Shown piece after piece: positions 1-8,395 of a stretch of DNA of 64,000 nucleotides (positions are counted from its first letter, which is position 1; the number at the start of each line of letters is the position of its first letter). This stretch comes from an uncultured virus (IMG/VR IMGVR_UViG_3300027739_000008). Its lineage: Duplodnaviria; Heunggongvirae; Uroviricota; Caudoviricetes. The notes beneath the pieces were generated by a model. The model was given only the letters and a program-made list of their open reading frames with translations. It was not told the origin of the DNA and did not search any database. Location of the stretch: the IMG/VR virus record IMGVR_UViG_3300027739_000008. One strand, 5' to 3'. A program made the translations under genes and the position numbers.

Positions 1-220
1 TGAGTCGTCAAATGATTTTACCGATTTTTCCGTCACGCTACAGGAAATGAGGTTTACCGACGTTGAAACAACTACTTTCGACGAAGGAAACTACAAATCA
101 GCGATCGCGGCGCAAAATGCGTCAAAAGACGAAATTGGTAAAGTAGCAGGAAAGAACGGAAAACAGTTTAACACCACGGCGTTGGCGTTGGCTGATGCAG
201 GGGGAATATTGCCGCCATGA
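1..220 (+). CDS. 3' end of tail/baseplate hub-associated protein (partial; homolog of 39419-40252)
   Basis: Nt 1-117 identical to 40030-40146; same frame ends in TGA at 218-220 overlapping the next ATG. Confidence 0.8.
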   Translation, partial: ESSNDFTDFSVTLQEMRFTDVETTTFDEGNYKSAIAAQNASKDEIGKVAGKNGKQFNTTALALADAGGILPP

Positions 221-573
221 CACAAATAACTGGCTTGCGGGCCTCGCCTTTCCAAAGTTTTAATATCCCTGATCCTGACAAACGTAAAACGGTTTATTTC
301 ACGCTGCGATTCTCTCCACGGACGCAATCCTGGTATATGGATATTGAATACGAGGGATTCATTGCCAACGGGATAAAAGTCGTCCGCGGAATGAACATTT
401 TGAAACGGAACATCAATACACTACCCTTTGGTCTTACGGTAACGGTCTCTGATAACCTCGAGCCGTTTTTAATCAATGATTTCGTTTCTGGCCGCGTTTC
501 GATCTATATTCTTTCGCATTCGGAATGCGTTGACGTAGAAAACATGATTATCGAAGGATATTCGGTCCCGTGA
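217..573 (+). CDS. Phage baseplate protein (unit A)
   Basis: 118 aa, near-identical homolog at 40249-40605; position in baseplate operon. Confidence 0.65.
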   Translation: MTQITGLRASPFQSFNIPDPDKRKTVYFTLRFSPRTQSWYMDIEYEGFIANGIKVVRGMNILKRNINTLPFGLTVTVSDNLEPFLINDFVSGRVSIYILSHSECVDVENMIIEGYSVP

Positions 574-1433
574 AATTCATACGCAATTATGAAATAAGAA
601 TTACCACCCCAAACGGCTACGCGATAACCATAGCGCCACCGATCACTTGCTCCCTCGAGGTCGAACAATCGGTAAAAGGTTCTTCACTTTCAAATGCGTC
701 TGTAACGATCACCAATCTTGCACCAAACACGCGCGCGCGACTCGGAAAAGACAAGTTTACACCGGTTGATTATTGGCAGATAATTATTTTGGCCGGTTAT
801 GGGAATGCCTTAATCGAGATTTTCCGTGGAAACATTCAAGAGGGTTATTCTTACAAACAGGGTACCGAATGGATTACCAAACTAGAATGCTATGACGGTG
901 CCTACCAGGTGCAAAACGGGTTTATGTCAGAAACGTTTACAAAAGACATGAACCTTAAAGACGTGATTTCCCGCAGCGTAAAAAGTATGCCGCAGCTTTT
1001 ATCGGGGGTTCTTGGAAGCCCTGCAGAGAAAGCATCGCCCGCGCGCGGTAGGGTGGTAATAGGAAACCCTTACGACGAAATACAAAAAATGAGTGACGGG
1101 CAGGCTTTTATATCGGGCGAAAAATTATATGTTTTGGCCGATAACGAAGTAATGTCAGGAGAGGTTTTTGTTCTTTCGGCAGAAGATAATAAAACGACGC
1201 CAAAACGTCGCGATGGATATCTCGAGGTCGAAAGAATCTTTTCACCCGAACTTAAAGTCGGAAGGATTGCCGAGGTCAGATCGATGAGCGAAAAGTATAA
1301 CGGTCAGTATAAAATATTCGGGGTAAAGCATTCGGCTGTTTTTTCTCAATCAGAAGCCGGTGACGCGGCGACGACGGTTTCCCTTTTTATTGGAAGCGAG
1401 CCGCTTTTGGAGATTAAGGGGGAAGAAAATTGA
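570..1433 (+). CDS. Baseplate hub protein
   Basis: 287 aa, ITNL...LAGYG...IFRGNI pattern typical of myovirus hub proteins; precedes spike; conserved in unit B. Confidence 0.7.
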   Translation: MKFIRNYEIRITTPNGYAITIAPPITCSLEVEQSVKGSSLSNASVTITNLAPNTRARLGKDKFTPVDYWQIIILAGYGNALIEIFRGNIQEGYSYKQGTEWITKLECYDGAYQVQNGFMSETFTKDMNLKDVISRSVKSMPQLLSGVLGSPAEKASPARGRVVIGNPYDEIQKMSDGQAFISGEKLYVLADNEVMSGEVFVLSAEDNKTTPKRRDGYLEVERIFSPELKVGRIAEVRSMSEKYNGQYKIFGVKHSAVFSQSEAGDAATTVSLFIGSEPLLEIKGEEN

Positions 1434-2071
1434 AAGCAGAACAAATACTTCCTGCGGATACGCGGGCGGTCCTCGACGCACAAAAGGCCGATATTTTTTC
1501 CACCTTTCATTGTATTCAAATTGGAAAAATTGAGAAAGTAACCAAGGCCGAGCAAACCGTCGAAGTAACGCTGCAGATACGAAGGCCTGCACAGGACGGA
1601 ACGAGCGCGGCAATTCCACTTTTGGTTGACGTGCCTTATTTCGTGCTGCAGGGCGGAGGGGCGTATATCGATATGCCAATAGCCGTCGGGGATTATTGTA
1701 TCGTTCTTTTCAATGACCGGGATATTGATACTTGGTGGAGTACGGCAAACCAGGCCGACCCCGCATCCTCGAGGAAACACGATCTTTCCGACGGGATTGC
1801 CATTGTTGGTATCAACCCAAAGACGTCAGTCCGGGATATGGACGGGACGAAAACTAGGGTAATCAACCCTGACGGGATTGAATTAAACGGTAATTCTAAA
1901 GCCTTTGTTACTCACGCGGAGCTTGATTCGGCGTTGCAGACGTTCAAAACAGACCTGAATTTGCACGTTCATACCAGCGCGGTATCAGGAAGCCCGACAA
2001 GTCCTCCGATATCGCCAATGAGCATCGACATTTCCGCAGCGAAAACGACAACTGTAAAGACGGGAGGGTAA
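1430..2071 (+). CDS. Baseplate central spike (Gp138/gpV-like)
   Basis: DVPYFVLQGG...PIAVGDYCIVLFNDRDID...RKHDLSDG motif and C-terminal HVH metal site. Confidence 0.85.
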   Translation: MKAEQILPADTRAVLDAQKADIFSTFHCIQIGKIEKVTKAEQTVEVTLQIRRPAQDGTSAAIPLLVDVPYFVLQGGGAYIDMPIAVGDYCIVLFNDRDIDTWWSTANQADPASSRKHDLSDGIAIVGINPKTSVRDMDGTKTRVINPDGIELNGNSKAFVTHAELDSALQTFKTDLNLHVHTSAVSGSPTSPPISPMSIDISAAKTTTVKTGG

Positions 2072-2072
2072 T

Positions 2073-2420
2073 ATGAAAACGCGCGCGCTAGACATCAACG
2101 GGGATTGGCAATTCGGTCGGGGACTGCAATCTTACGTCACCGAAAAAAACGCATTGAAGCAGAATATTGCAACCCGACTAAAATCATGGAAAAACGACTG
2201 CTTTTTCGCAATGGACGACGGCGTTGACTGGCAAAATTTTCTTGATATAGGAATGAAGCAATACCTCGACATTGACATAAAAAGAGTCATTTTGCAAACC
2301 GAGGGCGTCTTGCGGATTTCGTCCTATACGAGTACACTAGACACAGCGGACCGGCGCGCGACGATCACGGCAACGGTGGCGACGGTTTTCGGTCTTTTAA
2401 CGGTAACGGAGGTTGTATGA
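2073..2420 (+). CDS. Baseplate wedge subunit (gp25/gpW-like)
   Basis: MKTRALDINGDWQFG...RL..W..DCFF...GVDW pattern; between spike and baseplate J. Confidence 0.7.
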   Translation: MKTRALDINGDWQFGRGLQSYVTEKNALKQNIATRLKSWKNDCFFAMDDGVDWQNFLDIGMKQYLDIDIKRVILQTEGVLRISSYTSTLDTADRRATITATVATVFGLLTVTEVV

Positions 2421-3025
2421 TTTTCGACGAGCTCCAAAAAGACACGATGGAAGTCAAAGACTCGACTGGAAAATCAGCAATGAACGTAGCCCTTCTCACG
2501 ATGTCTTCTTTTTCAAAAGACGCCGTTTTGACGACCGATTACGAGAATGACTATATCGTTCGAGGAATGGCTTTTGAAGTTCAGCGCCGCATATCCTTGA
2601 CCTCCGGACAAACGCTTTACCTTGAATTTGACGTCACGAAAGCGGTTGGAAAACTAGTTTTTTCACTCCCATTCAAGGCGATATCAAATGGCGGTAACGT
2701 GTTTATTGACACCTACGGAGCAGATTCCTCGACGGGGGGAACGGTCTTAATGACGCCGAACAACCTCAACGCGCTTTCAAGTAACGTTGCCCTGACTACG
2801 GTAAAAACAGGAGTTACGCCGACGGGAGGGCCTTATCGGGTTCGCGAGTATAGTACTGGATCAAAAACGACCAATCAGGCTGCAGGAGGCGGATCAGCAG
2901 GAACGGGTTTCGCAAAAATCCTTGACAACTCCAAACCGCTTTATTTCAAGTTCGTGAATCAGGAAACCGATACCGTTATAATCGACTTTGGATTTGTTTG
3001 GTATGAATTGGAGCTAACAGCATGA
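2417..3025 (+). CDS. Variable virion-associated hypothetical protein
   Basis: 202 aa, translationally coupled both sides; only first ~12 aa shared with unit B counterpart. Confidence 0.6.
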   Translation: MIFDELQKDTMEVKDSTGKSAMNVALLTMSSFSKDAVLTTDYENDYIVRGMAFEVQRRISLTSGQTLYLEFDVTKAVGKLVFSLPFKAISNGGNVFIDTYGADSSTGGTVLMTPNNLNALSSNVALTTVKTGVTPTGGPYRVREYSTGSKTTNQAAGGGSAGTGFAKILDNSKPLYFKFVNQETDTVIIDFGFVWYELELTA

Positions 3026-4206
3026 GCGATATTCTTGATCAGAACGGATTGACATTAAAAACGCTCCCAGAATTGACGACGGAGCTTTCTGACGGATTAA
3101 AAAGCATTTACGGCGACGATATATCGGTAGAGTCGGACTCCCCCGATGGCCAGTTAATCGGCCTAGTAGCCCAGGCGGGAATCGATCTCCGTGAGGTGCT
3201 TCGGGACGTGCATTCCTCTTTTGATCCTGAGCAGGCCCAGGGAACGGTCCTTGATCAACGCGTTGCGATTAACGGTATCCAACGTCGAGGAGCGACGTTT
3301 ACTATCACGCCAGTTAACGTAACGGTTGACCGGACAGTAACACTTTCCGGTCTTGACGCACTTGCTGATACGATAGAAATTCCTTCAGGAGTTTACACGG
3401 TTAAAGACGATGCGGGTACGCAGTTTGTTTTACTAGAGACGACGATTATTTCAGCGGGAACACATTCTCTTTCTTTCCGAGCGAAAGATATCGGGGCGGT
3501 ACTGGTCGCAGTCAACACGATAACGACACCAGCGACCGCAATCGCCGGTGTGACGGCGATTGGAAACACTGCGGGAGTAACGACACAGGGAGTCGATGAA
3601 GAATCGGACGCAGCTTTGCGAATCAGGCGCAAGAAATCAATCGCCGGTCATTCTGTGGGGTATACAGATTCCATTGAATCCGCAATATCAGCCTTGAATG
3701 GAGTGTCCGCTTGCAATGTTGAGGAAAACACAACCGGGGCAGTTGACTCCTACGGTATTCCAGCTCACTCAATTTGGGTTGTAATAGAGAATGGAGACGA
3801 AGACGAAATCGCGGCCGCGATTTATGCAAAACGGTCTGTCGGGTGCGGTACATACGGATCCATAACGAAGACGGTAACACGCACAAACGGCCGCACCGTG
3901 CAGGTCAAATTCGACCGACCGATAAACGTCCCTTTGTATATTCGGTTTACTATTTCAGTCCCTTCGGGTGGATCGATCGACGAGGATTATCTGAAAGCGC
4001 AGCTGGTCGAGAATATCACCTACTTGATTGGCGAGGATGCAACGTCGGATGAAATCGTTTGTTTTCTAAAACAAATGAATCCTTTGTATCGCATAACGCT
4101 TGCGGGAATTTCCTTGAATGGGTCGACGTGGGTCGAGATATTAAACGCAGCAACGATCCAAAGCAAGTTTATTTTGGACGTGTCACGCATAACGATAACG
4201 GTGTAA
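3022..4206 (+). CDS. Baseplate J-like protein
   Basis: SPDGQLIG, DPEQAQG..LD, G.DEESDAALR.RR, ENTT...D..GIPAHSI motifs. Confidence 0.9.
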   Translation: MSDILDQNGLTLKTLPELTTELSDGLKSIYGDDISVESDSPDGQLIGLVAQAGIDLREVLRDVHSSFDPEQAQGTVLDQRVAINGIQRRGATFTITPVNVTVDRTVTLSGLDALADTIEIPSGVYTVKDDAGTQFVLLETTIISAGTHSLSFRAKDIGAVLVAVNTITTPATAIAGVTAIGNTAGVTTQGVDEESDAALRIRRKKSIAGHSVGYTDSIESAISALNGVSACNVEENTTGAVDSYGIPAHSIWVVIENGDEDEIAAAIYAKRSVGCGTYGSITKTVTRTNGRTVQVKFDRPINVPLYIRFTISVPSGGSIDEDYLKAQLVENITYLIGEDATSDEIVCFLKQMNPLYRITLAGISLNGSTWVEILNAATIQSKFILDVSRITITV

Positions 4207-4210
4207 AGGC

Positions 4211-4825
4211 ATGGCAGAAAACGCTAATCTGATCGAATATTATAAAAACCTTCTCATTTTGCAGTATCGGCAAAAACCGAAAGCCGAAGCAATGGTCGAG
4301 GAATTTATCAAAGCGTTAATGGTTTTCGATATTATCGACGACGTTCGAAACGGGTATAACCTTTCGACTGCGGTCGGACCGCAGCTTGATATTTTATCAC
4401 TATACGTCGGCGCCTCGCGATATGTCCCCGGAACGTTTTTTTATAGACAATATTTTGGATTTGTCCTTTATGGCGATACTTCGCCATTTTTATTTAATGG
4501 GTATATAAAATATGGTGATGCAATTCCCGATGTACAGTTTCGAACATATGAGGAAGGAAAGCAATCTGATTACGCGCTTACCGATTCAGAACTTCGAAAG
4601 TTTATAAACCTTCGGATTATAAAAAATAATTCGACGGGATCATTAAAAGATATCGACGACTTCCTTTTATACTTTTTTTCAGGTACGGTGTACGTCGAGG
4701 AAGAGGCGAATATGGAATTAACATATTACGTTCCTTTGGCTGACGTGCGTATATTTACGATCGCTCGAGAAATGAACGTTCTCCCGAGCCCCGCAGGCGT
4801 TGGGGTTTTTGTGGTTGCTATATAA
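4211..4825 (+). CDS. Baseplate protein (DUF2612-like, gpI analogue)
   Basis: LILQY..KPKA, TAVGPQLDIL...VG, P.PAGV motifs; follows baseplate J. Confidence 0.8.
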   Translation: MAENANLIEYYKNLLILQYRQKPKAEAMVEEFIKALMVFDIIDDVRNGYNLSTAVGPQLDILSLYVGASRYVPGTFFYRQYFGFVLYGDTSPFLFNGYIKYGDAIPDVQFRTYEEGKQSDYALTDSELRKFINLRIIKNNSTGSLKDIDDFLLYFFSGTVYVEEEANMELTYYVPLADVRIFTIAREMNVLPSPAGVGVFVVAI

Positions 4826-4846
4826 TAGGAAAGGAGCAAGAAAAAC

Positions 4847-7261
4847 ATGGCAAAACTTATCAGAGTAAAACAGGAAATATTTGGCTCGTCCGGAGCGACA
4901 ACGGAATTTGGCGTTTTTGGATCGGACTCCGAAGGCGCCGCGGCAACGTCGAAGGACCCCGCGCTCATCCAGTCCCTTGAGACGTTCTTGCGTGGACTTT
5001 ACGGATCGACCGCGAATGCCTCACAGCCTCCAAGAATTCAGGATATGAATGCCCTTTACTATCTTTTCGCCCGACAAATTGCCTATGGGATGCAGGCGGG
5101 CGTCCCCGAGTGGCTTGCGACGGAAAACTACTATGCGAATGGATCAGTCGTGCTCGGATCGAACGGAAAAATATATATTTCCAAAACCGGTACGGACGGA
5201 GCTCCGAACGTAAACAATAATCCCGTAACTGATACGGGAACAAATTGGCGATTCCTTTGGTCGAACGAAGAATTTACCGCTCTCTCCGATCTCTCCCGCG
5301 TCATGCAGATCAATGGCGACGGCGTGCCAATGATCCCTGACAACGCGGCGGGCATCGAATACATCCCTAATTTTGCAACAACTGATAGCTGGTCGGGAAA
5401 CAATTCTTCCCTGTCAGTGTCCGCAAACGTGTTGAAAATAACGGCATCGTCGTCGGCGTTATACGGCGGATCACGAAGTTTCTCAGTTCTTAATGGAAAT
5501 ATAGCCAGAATAAGAATCAGAACATCACGGGCAACAACCGTTTACTTAAAAGTAAATGACGGCTCTTCATTCCCTATAATTGGTCTTGTATCAACCACCG
5601 CAGGCGTTTGGACGTTTATAGATGGCTATGCAATAGGTTCAGCAACCGGCCAGCTTTTTATAGACACCTTTGATGGTGCTACGGCAGGCGACACGCTTGA
5701 GATATCGCAAGAAGGCACATATCTCGGGTCTGGCCTTTACGACACGCCTCTGTATGATACATCTTGTTGTAATATATTCAAAATCCATGGTGTCCTTCCC
5801 GTCAAAGGCAAGCGAGGATTAGCGCTATCTTTTAATGGCGCACATTGGCTCGAAGCAAACAATCCGGTAACTGGAATAACCGGAACCTTAAGTTTTATTT
5901 TAACCACTGGCTCCGACGTGACTACCCGTCAACGTATTTTAAGTAACAGAACATATTCACCTAACGCTGGATTGTCGGCAAGTATATATAATGGCGACCT
6001 TCTAGTTGAAGGTTCAGAAGATGAACATCTTGCATATGCGGTATCACCTAACACGGAGTACACAGTTAGCATTGATTTTGCTCCGACGACCTATGCAGTG
6101 ACGGTAAACGGTGTTCAGGTAGCGTCCGGCAGTGCGGTATTCACGTTGGCAACGAGCGTGCTTTATATAGGACGCGCCGCTCATTATGCAGGAGAGTACC
6201 TAAAAGCGACTATTGAGAATCCGCGATATGATGACACGGTTCTCACCGTTGACCAGAAGATAAGATATCTCAACGGCGACGACGCGGTTGATAGCCAGCA
6301 GAAAAGCGAAACCGGCACACCTCACGCACTCGCGGTATACGGCGCCGACGGTGGATTAAAGGCACATGGCGGGGCGAAGGTTTGGGATTCCTCAAATGAC
6401 GTTGGTCTTTTTGGCCCAGACGGATGGCCTCTTATAAACGGGCCGGTCTATGGCATGACGGCCCAGGTCGGCGTTGGCCTTTCTATACCAGGGATCAGTT
6501 TCCCCGCGCTCTGCGCGCTTAACGCGACCGACGTCGCGTTTATTGATAGCGTGGCAGGAATTCTCCGGGTATATCGATGGAATGGGTCCACGTGGTCTCA
6601 GGTCGGAACAGGTCTTACGATAGCAAGTGGCGCGCATGGACCTCTTTGTGCGCTTAACGCGACCGACGTCGCCTATTTTACTCTTGAATCCCTGCGCGTA
6701 TATCGATGGAATGGGGCAACATGGACGGAAGTCGGAACAGCCCTTACGATAACCGGGGTTATAGGAGCCGCGCTCTGCGCGCTTAACGCGACCGACGTCG
6801 CGTTTATTGATGGAGCTCTTGAATCCCTCCGGGTATATCGATGGAATGGGTCCACGTGGTCTCAGGTTGGAACAGGCTATTCAATACCAGGGATAGATAA
6901 TATTCCCGCGCTCTGCGCGCTTAACGCGACCGACGTCGCGTTTATTGATGGAACTCTTGAATCCCTCCGGGTATATCGATGGAATGGGTCCACGTGGTCT
7001 CAGGTTGGAACAGGCTATTCAATACCAGGGATCAGTTTCCCTGCGCTTTGCGCGCTTAACGCGACCGACGTCGCGTTTATTGATGGAGCTCTTGAATCCC
7101 TGCGCGTATATCGATGGAATGGGTCCACGTGGTCTCAGGTTGGAACAGGCTATTCAATACCAGGGGTAGATAATATTCCCGCGCTCTGCGCTCTTAACGC
7201 TACCGACGTCGCGTTTATTGATGGATCTCTTCAATCGCTACGTACTTACAAAACGATCTAA
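4847..7261 (+). CDS. Tail fibre / receptor-binding protein with central LamG-like domain and C-terminal tandem repeats
   Basis: N-terminus PRIQDMNAL...YGMQAGVPEW...Y typical of fibre anchor; last gene of tail operon. Confidence 0.85.
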   Translation: MAKLIRVKQEIFGSSGATTEFGVFGSDSEGAAATSKDPALIQSLETFLRGLYGSTANASQPPRIQDMNALYYLFARQIAYGMQAGVPEWLATENYYANGSVVLGSNGKIYISKTGTDGAPNVNNNPVTDTGTNWRFLWSNEEFTALSDLSRVMQINGDGVPMIPDNAAGIEYIPNFATTDSWSGNNSSLSVSANVLKITASSSALYGGSRSFSVLNGNIARIRIRTSRATTVYLKVNDGSSFPIIGLVSTTAGVWTFIDGYAIGSATGQLFIDTFDGATAGDTLEISQEGTYLGSGLYDTPLYDTSCCNIFKIHGVLPVKGKRGLALSFNGAHWLEANNPVTGITGTLSFILTTGSDVTTRQRILSNRTYSPNAGLSASIYNGDLLVEGSEDEHLAYAVSPNTEYTVSIDFAPTTYAVTVNGVQVASGSAVFTLATSVLYIGRAAHYAGEYLKATIENPRYDDTVLTVDQKIRYLNGDDAVDSQQKSETGTPHALAVYGADGGLKAHGGAKVWDSSNDVGLFGPDGWPLINGPVYGMTAQVGVGLSIPGISFPALCALNATDVAFIDSVAGILRVYRWNGSTWSQVGTGLTIASGAHGPLCALNATDVAYFTLESLRVYRWNGATWTEVGTALTITGVIGAALCALNATDVAFIDGALESLRVYRWNGSTWSQVGTGYSIPGIDNIPALCALNATDVAFIDGTLESLRVYRWNGSTWSQVGTGYSIPGISFPALCALNATDVAFIDGALESLRVYRWNGSTWSQVGTGYSIPGVDNIPALCALNATDVAFIDGSLQSLRTYKTI
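6460..7255 (+). repeat. Six tandem coding repeats of ~43-46 aa (ALCALNATDVAFID...LRVYRWNGSTWSQVGTG)
   Basis: GCGCTTAACGCGACCGACGTCGC core recurs about every 126-138 nt; last copy truncated. Confidence 0.95.
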
Positions 7262-7324
7262 CAAGGAACAAAAGAATATTTCATAAAGAGACAGAATATT
7301 ATTATTCGATTACCGCCATACCGG

Positions 7325-7360
7325 AAAAAAAGGCAAGCCCACCACCGCTTGCCTTTTTTT
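7325..7360 (+). terminator. Intrinsic terminator after tail fibre (probably bidirectional)
   Basis: AAAAAAAGGCAAGC-ccaccacc-GCTTGCCTTTTTTT; same hairpin at ~47112-47146. Confidence 0.8.
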
Positions 7361-7405
7361 ATATTTCGTCATATAATTAAAATGTCTTTTAAAACAGGAG
7401 AAAAC

Positions 7406-7591
7406 ATGGGCAGACCAAAAGGCCATCCGGGGCCCGTGAAGCCGGAAGCGGAAAAGATGAACAAGCCGGTCCGCGTGGGGTTCACGTCGGTGGAAAAAAA
7501 CTTACTTATCAAGCGGGCGGCCTCGCTTCATTTATCGGTATCGAAATATATCCGGACGCTTTTCGTCGCGGACATTACGAAAAATGGGTGA
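7406..7591 (+). CDS. Small ribbon-helix-helix-like DNA-binding protein
   Basis: GRPKG...VRVGFT..EK.L..RA...LSVSKYIR; AGGAG RBS before ATG 7406; homolog 47171-47356. Confidence 0.6.
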   Translation: MGRPKGHPGPVKPEAEKMNKPVRVGFTSVEKNLLIKRAASLHLSVSKYIRTLFVADITKNG

Positions 7592-7772
7592 AACGGCAAC
7601 CCTTATAGCGCGTATACGCCAAGATATCGGGTGTGGTCGCGTCCCGACGGCGGAAGTGCTGCAGTTGTGCGAGAGGGCGGAGGAACTTCTCGCTGTGTCG
7701 CTTAAAATGGAAAAGGCGCTGCACGACGCGCTGAAAATAATTGAGTCGCGCGATTCTTTGGTAGAAAAATAA
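7584..7772 (+). CDS. Hypothetical protein
   Basis: 62 aa, conserved in unit B (47349-47537). Confidence 0.6.
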   Translation: MGETATLIARIRQDIGCGRVPTAEVLQLCERAEELLAVSLKMEKALHDALKIIESRDSLVEK

Positions 7773-7784
7773 ATACGATTATTA

Positions 7785-7812
7785 TTGACATATATTTATT
7801 TTCGTGTATAAT
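7785..7812 (+). promoter_or_regulatory. Sigma70-type promoter driving the RNA cluster/helicase
   Basis: TTGACA-16 nt-TATAAT; unit B has TTGACA-15 nt-TATAAT at 47534-47560. Confidence 0.75.
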
Positions 7813-7878
7813 AATAATTACTTTATGACTTCTTCTTTTCTGTCCCCTGAGTGCGCCGTTGGCGAGGAAGGGGGCCAC

Positions 7879-7950
7879 AGTAGGGTAGAGAAGCGGTATC
7901 TCGCCAGTCTCATAAACTGGAAATCGAAGGTTCAAATCCTTCCCCTGCTA
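7879..7950 (+). tRNA. tRNA with CAT anticodon (Met, or Ile2 if lysidine-modified); CCA not encoded
   Basis: Acceptor AGTAGGG/CCCTGCT, D arm GAGA/TCTC, anticodon arm CCAGT-CTCATAA-ACTGG, T arm GAAGG-TTCAAAT-CCTTC. Confidence 0.92.
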
Positions 7951-8003
7951 ACTGGTTGAATCCAAACCAACGGACGCCGAAAGGACTTCGCCGTGAAGGA
8001 TTT

Positions 8004-8100
8004 TAGAAGTGAGGCCGCAAGGTGTAAGGCGGCTGACACCTTTCAAAGTGCGAGAGTGGCTTATATGTCGCACCCTCCGGGTCAACGCCGGACACTTCTA
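8004..8100 (+). ncRNA. Putative structured RNA (closing stem + pseudoknot + two hairpins)
   Basis: TAGAAGTG/CACTTCTA closure, GGCCGC/GCGGCT crossing AAGGTGT/ACACCTT, GTGCGA/TCGCAC, TCCGG-7 nt-CCGGA. Confidence 0.55.
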
Positions 8101-8111
8101 TATTTTTTTAG

Positions 8112-8230
8112 GCAGTCACGCGCCTTATGTCTGGACGGAAACAGCCCTTTTAGATGATGGCCGCTTCCGGCGAATCGTGACCCGTCCTCCGGTTTTCCGG
8201 GCGTGACGCGGCCATCTTCTAAAGGGGTTG
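8112..8230 (+). ncRNA. Conserved cis-regulatory RNA sequestering the downstream RBS
   Basis: ~23-bp stem CAGCCCTTTTAGATGATGGCCGC/GCGGCCATCTTCTAAAGGGGTTG plus GTCACGC/GCGTGAC and GGACGG/CCGTCC pairings; conserved at 47790-47906. Confidence 0.65.
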
Positions 8231-8236
8231 TTTCTT

Positions 8237-8395
8237 ATGAGTAAAGGATTTATTGACAAAAGAACTAAAGCCTATAAATGGACTTTGGAACAATTCAAAA
8301 AAGCCAGAAAAGCAGCCGAAGAAGAAACATTTGATCGTTTTTATCTTTATTTAATAAAGAAAGAAAGAGAAGATCGCGCGGCGGGCAAAAAATGA
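8237..8395 (+). CDS. Small basic hypothetical protein (52 aa, not in ORF track)
   Basis: AAAGGGG RBS, ATG 8237, MSKGFIDKRTKAYKW...AAGKK, stop overlaps helicase ATG (ATGA). Confidence 0.55.
   Translation: MSKGFIDKRTKAYKWTLEQFKKARKAAEEETFDRFYLYLIKKEREDRAAGKK

Noticed and set aside
6460..7255. Near-identical repeats in the fibre tip as a diversity-generating retroelement (TR/VR)
   Set aside because: All copies are in-frame and tandem within one gene, differences include indels and are not adenine-restricted, and no reverse transcriptase ORF is present
7256..7275. ATCTAACAA at the fibre gene stop as an attC R'' box
   Set aside because: No downstream L boxes, hairpin or GTT R' box
8009..8206. 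65-aa ORF, and unit B ORFs 47575-47898 and 47606-47830
   Set aside because: Overlap tRNA/structured RNA elements and are not conserved as proteins between units
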